From Balanoglossus misakiensis (lineage: Eukaryota; Animalia; Hemichordata), in NCBI GenBank assembly GCA_040954595.2, contig CM082582.2, forward strand, positions 9,725,483 to 9,789,482: DNA of 64,000 bases, read 5' to 3'. Both the position numbers and the translations under genes were made by a program. This document shows, piece by piece, positions 38,564 to 51,800 of the stretch. The first letter of the stretch is position 1; each line of letters opens with the position of its first letter. A model generated the notes under the pieces. The model made no database searches and was not told the DNA's origin. It saw only the letters and a program-made list of their open reading frames with translations.

Positions 38564-39067
38564 GGTACCGAAGAGCGAGTTTTGTCCAAAATTTGAAATA
38601 TTGCCAATTTACGCTGTCTGCTTGAAACGGGAAGATATGTTGATATATTTTATAGTGACAATGGAACATAAACATGTTTCTTTTTCCTCAATATGTACTT
38701 CGAAATACAGTATACAACGGTCGTGCAGCGGCGCCCCCACTCGTAATGTCCCCGCGAGGCTTTTGTTTTTCTGCCACCGAACACGCACTAAATTCAACTT
38801 GCCTTGTTCGACCGCACAATGTTTGACACGTCAAGGTCAAACCCACACCCAGACAAAAAAGTTTGCATTCATAAATTACAACATACTAGGCTATTTACGG
38901 AGACACAAAGATGCATTTTCTAGATCACCGTTGAAGTGTTATTGTACTTTATTTCTTAGACCACTGCGGCAGAATTGATACATGTATCGCAGAATTTAAG
39001 CGAACGCTATCAATATCGCAGGAAAACAGAGGAAATTCATATCACTGAATAAACATAGCATGCAACT

Positions 39068-42000
39068 TTAGGGTCCTTCCTCATTGTTGTTGACATGCTC
39101 GTCCAAGTACTTCAAAACCTTCACAATGACCTCCTCTTCGGGATCAGTGTTGGCGGAAGCTCCTGCTGATCGCTTGAACGAAATTTCGTCTGTAAAGCAA
39201 ACAGAGCAACTATGAAGTGACAAGTCAACACAGGGGCGAATAGATTAAGGATTAACGGTGCCGTATCAATAATAGCACGTTAAGTCACCCATGGATCAAG
39301 AAAGTGACATATTCTTCGTAATATACAGAATGTGACTATAATCATTAAATTAATTTGTCGCAGTGACCACGCTGAGGCCTCTCCACGACCGATGATAGCA
39401 AACATACCAACTGACCACTGTCACTCCCCCACCCTTTGGTTATCGCGAAATCATATATAAATGCACTAGTATTCAATAAGCTGACAGTATTACATTTCTG
39501 TGAAACACAGTACATTTAATAGTATAGTGCAAATCCCGGGGTTCAGCTCCATGGTAATATCTGTTTATCCGACTTACTTGATGTTTCCTCGCAGAGCTCA
39601 TCATCCTCGTCGTCGAAGTACAACGGGTGTGTCCATGAACAATCTCTTCTACCATCACATAGGTTCTCAGCTGTTATGCAGGTGGATGGGGAGTCGGTGC
39701 ACTTGATACCGATGGTCCCATGACCGAGACAAACTGGGATAGTGGAACAATAGTATGCGGGTTATCGTGTTTGCATAATATGACCAATATTTCACAGAGG
39801 GGCACTGCTCTCTCTGTAACTGTTTTGGGGGAGAACATGCGATGTGGATATTTTTTGCAACTGTTACGCCTGAAGAAGTGTATGCACTATCAAATGTAAC
39901 ACAGCTTACTTGTAAGGCCGTATTTTCCCAGTGCAGCCACCAATTCTGGATCAACAGGTTGTACAGGAGGGGCTGTCGTGGTAATTTCCGAGGGCGCTGT
40001 AAGAAATTAGACCATAGTGTAATTGGAATAGTTTAGTTCGGATAATGACACAAGCGTCTCCCAATATAGACACAGTCAGGCATAGATCAATGATTATACG
40101 TACGTACCACGTGTAAAAATTCAGTAAATTAAAAAATTTACCTGCCCAAACTCTCAAACTATAACCGCCATACTGGACAGACGAATCACTTGTAAAATTC
40201 ACCACTAGCAGTTCGTTGGAAGTCACCTCAGTACTCTCACTTTCACAGGGAAGCTGGACGCCATTAATGGTCAAGAAGTCACAGCAACATTCGACGTTGA
40301 AATCGGTGATCAGCGCGTAAATCGCAAAGCCCTCTGGAGCTGTGACTGTTATCTGGCAGTCTTCGTTGGCTCCATACGGGTCAGGGTAATTGGGAGATGT
40401 GATGTTCACCTCCTCACCATCATCGATGTAGTAATCCCGGTTGCACGTGGGACCCTGTGTCAGTTCTGGTTGAAGAGAAAAATGAGAAATTGCGCGGATT
40501 CAATAAGCAGACAGTTCTGCGGGACCACAGTAATAACGATGTCGATGTACACAATTTTTAATTAACAGCATGTTATTTAAACAGATCTTACCTGCTGATA
40601 CTGTTAGACTAAAACCACTGTACTGCACTGACGAATCACTTGAAAATGTTGCGACCAGTTGATTGGAAGACAGAGAAGTTCTTTCACTGTAGTATTCGAC
40701 GCAAGTCTGTTGAACGCCATTAAGAGTCAATAGGTCACAGCAGCATTCGACGCTGTAATCCGTGATCTGAACGTAAATTACCGCGTCGTCCGGAGCTGTG
40801 ACTGTTATCTGGCAATTTTCGCCGGCACCATACGGGTCAGGGTAATTGGGGGATGTGATGGTCAATGCTTCACTGACTCCGATGGTATAATCACCACCAC
40901 ACGTGGAAGGACCTGGGCTGGGGGTTGGGACTCTGGATTCTGTTCAGTGGAGAAAATGTGAAAGTATGGGATTTCAAAAAATGAATGTTACCGAATGAGA
41001 ACTCAACGGTCACGTTGAAACAAATCTTATGTGATTTTCGCGATGTCGAAAGAAGTGATCTATTGTCTGTTGTGCATAGTAAAATCGTACGTATTGTAAT
41101 GCCACCAGATGATAAAATTGAAATGTCTCTATAAATGAAAGGTGCGGAAAAACAAATGTGAATTTCAATCATCCATGTTCAGTACATGTATGGGGATCTT
41201 AAGACCTGTGATTAAGATATATACATGTAGGTCTTACCTGCTGATATTGTTACGCTAAAACCATAGTACTGCACTGATGAATCACTTGAAAATGTTAAGA
41301 CGAGTTGATTGGTCGACAAAGAAGTTCGTTCCCTGGGGTATTCGTCGCAATTCTGCTGAACGTCATTCAGTGTCAGATGGTCACAGCAGCATTCGACGTT
41401 GTAATCCGTTATCTCAGTGTAAATTACGGCGTCGTACGGAGCTGTCACTGTAGTCTGGCAATTTTCGTTGGAACCATATTCGTAAGGGTAATTGGGGGAT
41501 GTTATGGTCAATTTTTCACCGACTCCGATGGTATAATCACCACCACACGTGGAAGGACCCGGGCTAGGGGTTGGGCCTGCAGATTCTATTTAGAAGAGAA
41601 AATGTGAAATTCTGGGATTTCAAAAAATGAATGTTACCGAATGAGAACTCAACGATCACGTTGAAACAAATCTGGTGTGATTTTCGCGATGCAGAAGGAA
41701 GTGATATATTGTCTGGTTTGTGCACGGTAAAATCTTTCTTATTGTAATGGCACCAGATGAAAAATTGAAATGTCTCTATAAGCGATATGTGTGGGACAAC
41801 ACATGTGAATTTCAATCGTCGATGTACACAATGTTGAATTAACAACATGTGATTAAAATAGGGCTTACCCGCCGATATTGTTACGCTAAAACCCAAGTAC
41901 TGCACCGACGAATCACTTGAAAATGTCGCGACCAGTTGATTGGAAGACAGAGAAGTTCTTTCACTGTAGTATTCGTCACAAGTCTGTTGAACACCATTAA

Positions 42001-45000
42001 GGGTCAAGTGGTCGCAGCAGCATTCAACGCTGTAATCCGTGATCTCAACGTAAATGACTGCGTCGTCCGGAGCTGTAACTGTAGTCTGGCAATTTTCGTT
42101 GGAATCATATTCGTAAGGGTAATTAGGGGATGTGATGGTCAATGCTTCACCGACTCCGATGGTATAATCACCACCACACGTGGAAGAACCCGGGCTAGGG
42201 CTTGGGACTATGGATTCTATTTATTGGAGAAAATGAAATGAAAATTCCATGATTACATTAAAGAAATTCTTGTCTGCTTTTCATACGTAGGTTTGGAAGG
42301 AAATGATCTATTGTCTGGTTTGTGCATGGTAAAATCTTAATTATTGTAATGCCACCAGATGAAAAATTGAAATGTCTCTATAAATGATAGGTGCGGAAAA
42401 ACAAATGTGAATTTCAATCGTCGATGTATGGGGAACTTGATTAAGATATGTAGGTCTTACCTGCTGATACTGTTACGCTAAAACCATTGTACTGCAGAGA
42501 CGAATCACTTGAAAATGTCGCGACCAGTTGATTGGAAGACAGGGAAGTTCTTTCACTGTAGTATTCGCCGCAATTCTGTTGAACGCCATTAAGGGTCAAG
42601 AGGTCACAGCAGCATTCAACGGTGTATTTCGTGATCTCAACGTAAATGACTGCGTCGTCCGGAGCTGTAACTGTAGTCTGGCAATTTTCGTTGGAACCAT
42701 ATTCGTAAGGGTAATTTGGGGATGTGATGGTCAATTCTTCACCGACTCCGATGGTATAATCACCACCACACGTGGAAGGACCCTGGCTGGGGGTTGGGCC
42801 TGCAGATTCTATTTAGAAGAGAAAACGTGAAGTTCTGGGATTTCAAAATTGAATGTTACCATTTGGCAATTTAATGATTTATGCATTAAAGAAATTCTTG
42901 CGTGCTTTTCATAATATGATTTGGTGATTTTCGCAATGCAGAAGGAATTGATCTATTGTCTGTTGTGCATGGTAAAATCTTACTTACTGTAATGCCACCA
43001 GATGAAAATTTGAAATGTCTCTATAAGCGATATGTGTGTGACAACACATGTGAATTTCAATCGTCGATGTACACAATGTTGAATTAAAAACGTGTGATTA
43101 AAATAGGGCTTACCTGCCGATATTGTTACGCTAAAACCCGAGACCTGCACTGACGAATCACTTGAAAATGATAACACCAGTTGATTGGAAGACAGAGAAG
43201 TCCTTTCGCTGTAGTATTCGTCACAAGTCTGTTGAACGCCATTAAGGGTCAAGTGGTCACAGCAGCATTCAACGCTGTAATCCGTGATCTGAACGTAAAT
43301 GACTGCGTCGCCCGGAGCTGTGACTGTAGTCTGGCAATATTCGTTGGAATCATATTCGTTAGGGTAATTAGGGGATGTGATGGTCAATGCTTCACTGACT
43401 TCGATGGTATAATCACCACCACACGTGGAAGGAGCCGGGCTTGGGCCTGCATATTCTGTTTAGAAGAGAAAATGTGAAAGTCTGGGATATGAATATTACC
43501 GAATGTAAAATCTATCTTTACATCAAACGAATTCTTTTCATAATTATATAGGATTGTCAATTTTCGCGATGCCAAAGTAAGTGCTTCTTGCAATACTGCC
43601 ACATAAAATATCTCCATAAGTCATATGTGTGGGTAAACAAATGTCAAATTCAAGGTTGAACTAACAGCTTTTGATTCAGAAATGTAGATCTTACCCGCCG
43701 ACACTGTCATGCTAAAACCACCGAACTGCAGAGACGAATCACTTGAAAATGTTAAGACGAGTTGATTGGAAGACAAAGAAGTTCGTTCCCTGGGGTATTC
43801 GTCGCAATTCTGCTGAACGTCATTCAGTGTCAGATGGTCACAGCAACATTCGACGTTGTAATCCGTGATCTGAACGTAAATGTCGACGCCATCTGGAGCT
43901 GTAAGAGTTATCTGGCAGTCTTCGTTGGCTCCATAGTTGCCAGGGTAATTGGGAGATGTGATGGTCACCTCCTCACCAGCAGCGATGGTGTAATCCCGGT
44001 TGCACGTGGGACCCTGTGTCAGTTCTGGTGGAAGAGAAAAATGAGAAATTGCGCGGATTCAATAAGCAGACAGTTCTGCGGGATCACAGTAATAACGTGG
44101 TCATCATAGTTGAGAGGATGGATTTGGAGAACCGACCATTAGCTGCAGGACACCAGTAGGGAAGGTGTATTCATCATTACAGGTGAAAGCCCTGCCCATT
44201 CGAGTGTGAAGATGAAGTTGGGAAATGGCTTGAGTTGAAAATGACCCAAAATTTGACTGACGTGAAGCGTGAAGGCTCCAGAGTGTCAAACAACCACCAC
44301 GGGTCCAAATTTTGACGCCAAACTCGTCACGTGTGATTAAGAAACATAAATTCTCACCTGCTGACAATGTTACGCTAAAGCCATTGTACTCAAAAGACGA
44401 ATCACTTGAAAATGATGCGACCAGTAGATTAGAAGACAGAGAAGTTCTTTCACTGTAGTATTCCTCGCAGTTCTGCTGAACGCCATTCAGGGTCAATAGG
44501 TCACAGCAGCATTCAACGCTGTAATCCGTGATCTGAGCGTAAATGACTGCGTCGTCCGGAGCTGTGACTGTTATCAGGCAATTTTCGCGGGCGCCATACG
44601 GGTCAGGGTAATTGGGGGATGTGATGGTCAGTTCTTCACCGACTCCGATGGTATAATCACCAATGCATGTAGAAGGGCCGGGCCTTGGGTCTGAATATCC
44701 TGTTTAGCGGAGAAAATGTGAAAGTATGGGATTTCAAAAAATGAATGTTACCGAATGAGAACTCAATTCTTCACCGACTATAATCATATAATCACCGCCA
44801 CACCTTGATGGGTTCGGGACCGGGTCTGTGGATTCTATGTAGCGAAGGAAAATGTGTCAGAAAGTTTGAACAACGGAATTTACCCCGACCCATGATCTGA
44901 AAAAAAAACACGGATGACGGTCAAAAGATTCACCAGGAAACTCGTTTTTACCTGCCCACACACGAATCGCGATATTATTCACGCCGCTTCCCCTTCCTCC

Positions 45001-48000
45001 TCCACTGTACACGTCCACATTGAAGGCTTCTGTCGTCACTGCCGACTTCCCAATGTAGTTGTCGCCACACTCCAGGCGCAAGCCGTTGATTTCCACCTCG
45101 CCGCAACAGCACACTAGCCGCGAAGAGATGATTTCGTAGTAAAGCATCGCGCCGGCCGCAGGAATAGCTGAAGTGTGGCAACTCGCAAACCCTTCATCTG
45201 GTGTTCTGATAACAATCTCTTCTCGTGGGTCAAGCGTGTACTCTTCTCCGCACATAGTACCTTCTTTCACAACTATCGGTAATCAAAGACAAAAAAAAAA
45301 AAAAAAAAAAAATAAGAAAAGATTGTTACAAGAACACAGTCGAAGTTTCTTCTCCGACAACAACAACAACGACAACAACAACAACAGCGACAACAACATC
45401 AGCATCATAAAATTTCCATAATTTACCTATATTGTCCGGGAAAGTGCCTGAAAAGCGAAAAAAGAGTGGAAGGTTAGAGCATTCAATTAAATTTCTATGA
45501 CTTTTCAAGAATCTTGATTATGTAGATTCAAGCTGGCATTTCAAGCCAGAAAATCTACATTGTGCAGCAATGTCCTGTAAATCAGATGCATTGCATTTAA
45601 TCTTCTCGGTGAAGTTTTTATAAATCGACACGATAGTTTCAGTTATTAGAATCGCGTTATTTGTCCGACGCATTCATTGGGTGACATTGCCTTCAAGGTG
45701 GTTTAGCGACGGTAAAACTCGGCAAATGAAAATCCGGCCTCAACAACGGACATAATCCGCACATGCGCACATGCACACCAATTACCTGCCGTGACCAATA
45801 TTCGGAATCCCTTCCGCTCGATGGTCCCGTCGGTTTCGAATGTCATGGTGACGTCGTTGGAGTCTAGATACATGACGTTTGGAGAAACGCGGTTGTCGCA
45901 GTCGAACTTGCCAAGGCCCTCGATGGTGAGATAGTCGCAGCAGCCGCACTCAAGGTCGAAATCCAGGAACTGGACGCGAATTTTCAAGTTTCTCTCTGCC
46001 GCGATGAAGGTGGATAGTCCAAGCAGTGGTCCGTAAAAATTCGGGTAGCGAGGCGATTCAACCAGGATGTGGTCGCCTTCCTGCAGAATGGGCGCATAGT
46101 CTTCCCCAATTGCGATGGTTGGGACCGATACTGAAAGGTTGTACGAGTACGAGGCTTAGTTTCTTTTGAGAAATGATGAATACAATTGGTCCAGAACAAA
46201 GAAAAGAGACAGGCAGACAGACATACATACAGACAGACAGACAGACAGGCAGATAGACAGACAGACAGACAGATGATGGAAAACATTATATATGACTAAA
46301 TATGAATCTTTTTTTTTAAAGAAACGGACAGGTAAATTTCCGTTTTCCACACAGGACATGATGATAACTGCTTCCTATACTCACAAACGAGGAAATTGAA
46401 GGCAGCATCGACTCCAGGTGAAATACTTTGGACGTCTACTTCGAGGGAACTTGTCTTGAAGACGAGAGAGAAACCGGCGAGCAAGTACTCGGAAAAGGTC
46501 TTCAGTTCTGAGCCGTCGTCGCCGTCACCCGATCCCGATCCCGATCCAGACCACATCCAGTCGTCGGCGTCGTCGCCGTATTCCGTGTCACCACCAGTCG
46601 GGTCAAATGTGACTTTGCCGCCCCAGTTCAGTACCGCCTGGTGGACGATCACCAGCAGGGACGAACCGCCGGATGCCGTGTTGGTGACGGTCGCATGGCA
46701 CGGTCGTCTGCTGTCGAAGTAGCTCGGGTAACCGGGAGACACCACCGAGACGCCGGTGCCGCTGTCTATGTATGCATCACCCAAACATTCGATAACTGTA
46801 ATAGAATCGACGCAAGCCCATGTGTTAAAACTGAACAACGACAGTACTGCATATAGCGACGTCGGTGGAGTAGAATCGCTATACATGTACATCTACAGTA
46901 CATAGCAAAATCAAGTCTCAGTTTTCGCCGTTTACACGATTATGTACTTCAAGGAAAACTCGTGACAAACAAGAAAAAAATGCGACCCGGAATCTTTTTA
47001 AAAATCCCCGAAGTCCACGAAATTAAATTAGCCAAACTTCACAAATTTGAGATCTTGCCAATCTGGTAGATTTTTCACTCGAGAATAGTGCGCCACCATA
47101 GTCATTCGATATGCCCTCTTTAACCATATGTGACGTGGGTGGGCAAATTTAATTAATAGTAATTGTGGCTCTCTAACTTCATTTCCGAAGAGAGAGGATA
47201 TAGTTATTCATAAAACAGCCAAAAGATCCACTTAATTCATTTCATCATGACAAATTGTCAGTCTTTATAACAGAAGATTGGCCAATTATATATATTTCGT
47301 CCTACACGCTTCCCGCTAATGCTGACTCAATCGTGCTAATTTGCGAAGGCGGATATACATTCAGGAGATAGATTTTCTTCGTCAATTATTTTGATTGCCT
47401 TTTCTAATTGCAAACATTTGCAGATTCGTAATGCGGCGCCAATGATAAGAAAACAATCAAATGCGTTACACTTGTCAGTGGTTCCTAAAGTAAAAGCTCT
47501 ACAAGATTTAAACCCAGAACTCACAGACGGTATAGACGACATGTACATGACGGTTACCATCAACGTTCAAGCCATGTTCGGTGGCTGTGACTGATTTTCG
47601 GTTAATCTTGAAAGAAGATGCCCATATGGTCTCTTTCCGAGTCACCCTGAGCTTTTGTCATGCCTGGCACGTTTCAGAAAATTACACGGAAATAATTTGT
47701 TTTTACTATCTATTTGTCACATTCTCGGGTTTACTTGGCAATCCCGTTTATGCCGTATGTTGTTGAAACTCACCCGTGCCGTCCATGTCAGGCCATCTCT
47801 TCTGTCGAGCGACATTATCTCTATCGGCGTATCTCTCCTGCGGGACATGCAAGATAGAAAAAAAAACATTACACGATGCTATACCGATTTCAACTGTCAT
47901 GCGCCCGACTTCATCGGACACTAAATCCAAGTCGTTTTTATGATACCATGCCTTGCCTGGTTTACAATCTCTACCGAGTACCGTCCATTGTCAAATGCAT

Positions 48001-48405
48001 GTGTCTGTACCTTTTTTTTCAAAACCGCAAGATGGAAAAACCGTTTTCACGAAAACCAGTCAGTAATGTTGAATATTTGCCACTGTGACGTAACTTTGAT
48101 CTCTTATGGGGTTGCGATGCGTGTACACGTACATGCACCAGTCTTCTTTCAATCTTATTTTCTCACCAAAGACCTTTGAAACCCCATGTACCATTCTCAC
48201 GGACCTTCAGAATATCTAAATGCTCCGGTTGCTGAAAAAAGTACGTATGGTGTGATGGTTTCAGACGTCAGCTTTGGGTGAGAAATACGGCGTTGAAGAA
48301 ACTGGAGGAACAAATATCTCTTACCTCTGAGTAAGTGGCACTTGTTGGCGTAAAATGCACCCAAAGAGCAAAGACTAGAAATACAGAGAGTATTTTGGTG
48401 CGCAT
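39068..48405 (-). CDS. Secreted multi-CUB protein B: signal peptide, propeptide with RQKR, 11 CUB exons, Thr/Pro linker, LDLa-like motif, acidic tail
   Basis: Exon 1 48405-48325 MRTKILSVFLVFALWVHFTPTSATYSE; exon 2 ERYADRDNVARQKRWPDMDGT; phase-1 CUB exons near 46796, 46130, 45273, 44699, 44025, 43455, 42807, 42216, 41585, 40939 and 40465 (ITSPNYP..Y...C, ECCCD, FSSDSS...GF); terminal exons APSEITTT, NLCDGRRDC...DE..C, ...NNEEGP*. Confidence 0.8.
40140..44835 (-). repeat. Tandem array of recently duplicated CUB exon+intron units (~450-670 bp spacing)
   Basis: Eight closely related exons with shared intron sequence; for example GAAGAGAAAAATGAGAAATTGCGCGGATTCAATAAGCAGACAGTTCTGCGGGA occurs at both ~40472 and ~44031. 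Confidence 0.9.
44765..44834 (-). pseudogene. Truncated CUB exon remnant
   Basis: Acceptor plus ESTDPVPNPSRCGGDYMIIVGEE, fused directly to the 3' part of the next intron; reaches a stop soon after. Confidence 0.75.
46206..46271. repeat. (GACA)n-type tetranucleotide microsatellite
   Basis: Direct reading. Confidence 0.9.
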
Positions 48406-48869
48406 CCTGACCGAAAGCATCGTCGGTGTCCTACACCAACTGTAGCGTTCTCACAGTACAACATTATTTATTATATAGCCAAGTAACGTCATTTGATAAT
48501 AATTGTTATATTAATAACAATCACAATAATTATTAAGCAAACAGTCAATAACCGTAATCACACCGAATAATTGGCAATGAACAATTATCATCCAATTAAC
48601 GTTTTGGAAATAATTGGCAACAATTGAGATCATCAGCTTATTTCCGTTTCCATAGAATTTGCTGTTTGTCCAGTAACGCAGAATTTGCATCAGTGTCATA
48701 CACTGTTCATAAAGTTAACACCATCATGGAGGTTCTAAGATTTCGTTCAATATTGTGAACGTATTGGCTGAATATGTCTACACTCGAAAGACATATAAAT
48801 GTCAGGTGTGCTTGTCTAGAATACGCGACATATAGGGCTGGGTGGTTGAAAATGTTTCTCCGTCGACTT

Positions 48870-51800
48870 CTATTCCCGCAGGTCAGTTCTAGACTGCGAA
48901 ACTGAAAAAAAATGAGAATTACAATTAGTTATTGGGGATGCGAATCAGGCAGTCTTGTCTTGCATTTTCGCCTTCTATATCTTAATGAATTATCCACAGC
49001 CCCCGAGGACTTAACCTGTTTTCATACCTGCCCAAGCAAATATCTTGAAACCTTTCTCCTCGATGAATCGGTCGGCCGAAAAGTTCACCACCAACCGACT
49101 GGAACCCAGAGCTGTCCGTTGGTCGTAGTACCTGCGGCGACGCTGTCGGACACCGTTGATGGTCAGGTGGTCGCAGCAGTACTGCAGTTTGAGGTCAACG
49201 ACCTGCACGTGAATGTCGGCCTCAGCTGGAGCAGTGACCGTGGTGACGCACTCCACGTTAGGAGGATAGTTGCCAGGATAGTTGGGAGAAGTGATGACTA
49301 TTCCGCCTGTGTCTGGCATCAGTACGCGCTCGTCGTTGCAGGCCGGTCCTCCGCCCTCTATTGTGGAACAAGAATTACAAGGTTGCCTTTAATGAAGGTT
49401 GTACTCGCTCTCTCTCTTTCACTCACTCTCTCTCGTGTATTCTCCCCCCCTCCCTCTCTCTCCCTCCCCCCTCTCTCATGTGTCTGGACATAAAAGCTAG
49501 CGAATGTTTCTTAATTACCTGCCCAAACGTGTACACTAAATCCAGCATGCTGTATGGTTTCATATGTGAAGAACGACATCTGGAAGAAGTTTTCCGAGGA
49601 TCCGGTAACACCGACTACAACTTGATCATTCAAACAATTCACCTGATCGGCGTTCAGAAAGACGAAATCACAACAGCACTCCAAGTCAATGGTTGTCAGC
49701 TTGAAGTAGACTGTTGATCCGTAGTCCACGAAGACCGTCGTGAAACACTCCAGGTTTGGGCCGTAATTGTCCGGGTAGTTCGGCGATGTTATGACCATAT
49801 CTTCTCCAGGCGCCAGCCTGAAATACACATCCTCCCCGCAGATTGGCGTGCTTGCTTCTGTTTTGATGAGAAAATGCATCAGCGTATAAAGAATCTGAAG
49901 ACTTGGAAAGCACTTACACTTAATTTAAGAAAAGACTCTACAGTAGCGCAATAACGGAGATGTTACAGCACCTTCTCTCTTGAGAGAGATTTCCAGACAG
50001 ATACATGTAATCTAGCATCACTCGCTACGACAGACCCTTTCATCCTCCCCATATAAGTCGATTTTTTAAGTCTTGTGACGGTCTGACGTCATCAATTTTG
50101 TTTAACAATTTGGGGCTGGAAATCTCCTCGTAATTTTTGATTTCGTTAGCTTTTCGGTGAGTGGCTATTGATACAAACTACCGAGTCTCTTCATTCTGAC
50201 TTCCAATGACGTAAAGAGCTTCTATGCAGGCGTCAGGGACTAAAAAGAAAATTCACCTGTCCAAACGCGCATCAAGAAACCGCCATTTTGGGTGCTGGCG
50301 GCGTTGTGCGTGGTGAGCGACACAGAGAGCGTGTCTGAGGACGCCTGCGCTCTCCCGGAAAAGTGGTCGCCACACTGCAGCGGCACCCCGTCGATCTCCA
50401 CGTCGCCACAACAGCACGCCGCCCGCAAATCGATGATTTCGTGAAGTAGCCTCGCGCCGTCTAGGGCATTGATCACGGTGGTGCAGTTGGAGGCCGCGGC
50501 GGGCATTCCGTCAACATCAGTTTGGGTTTTTGGCCAGGCGATTAACGCTTCTTGTTCCACGCCAAAGTTTAAAGTCCGGTCGCACGTGTCGGTCTCTGCA
50601 GTATCTGCTCAGAATGAATGAAAGTTGAGAGAAATGCACGAAACAGGCATTATACTAACTCATGATTGATTAACTTCTGTAACTTCCTCCAATCCTTCTT
50701 TGTGATAAATCGCCCATGAATTATTATATTGATTATACACAGACTGATGACGTTCAATTTCGCATACATGCATATGAGTAGTACTAGTAAGTACGACGAT
50801 GCTATAATTACCTGCAAGGTGTTCAAAATTTCCTGAAAAGGAAAAGGAATTAAAAGTTAGAACCAGCGCCATCTTCAGTCGGCAAAGGTGTTTTCCAGAA
50901 AGCACATGTCAAAGTACATAGTTCCGGTGTGCAGACAACATCTTACGGGTTTGTGAATCGTTGAAAAGTGCAATTTTGCAAGAGCAAAACATCTCCATTT
51001 GGAAGACTTATTTCAGTAGGTTTCGCGTGTATATATCTGAATAAGAATACAACCAGCAGCTGCACACCCCCAACGTCCTAGCTGCATAGCGTACAAATCG
51101 GACGGATGTTACTGGTACTCTCCCCTACCTGCAGAAACTAATATCCGAAATCCCCTCCCCTCGTTCGTTCCATCGCTTTGCAGTCTCAAGGTGGCGAAGT
51201 TCGACTGCACGTACACCACACTGGGCAGTGACGCTCTGTCGCAGCTGTACCTGTCGCCGTTCACCGTCAAATAATCGCAGCAGCCGCACTCCAGGTCAAA
51301 GTCCAGCACCTGGACGCGAATGCCCAGGCCAGGCAAAGCGCCAATAACTGTCGAGCAGTCCGTGTTTCTGTCGTACGGACCTGGGTAGCCAGAAGACTCG
51401 ACCAAGATGCGGTTGCCCACGTTAAGGACGCCCGCCACATTCTCACCGCACGAAATGGTCCGTATGGCAGCTGAAAGAATGATTTGTGTACTGCATGTTA
51501 CGAGGTATCAGTTGAAAATGTGTGATCGTGATATTTGATAAGTACTCTTTGGATGGAACCTGATAATTGACTGAGTAACTTGGCCGCTCGTGTGCCATCG
51601 GTATCATGACTACTTTGCTAGGACAATGTTGAAGGGCATATGTGCAATTAGGGTCATACTCTTTGTCATGGAATGTTTGGGAAATCCTGGCCTATGAAAA
51701 TACAAAGAAAATGAATGTTCCCCGCATTTTACACAATGTGATCAAACATGCATATTGCTGTCATATGCTTACACCAGTTTTCTGTAAAACAGAGCGAAAA

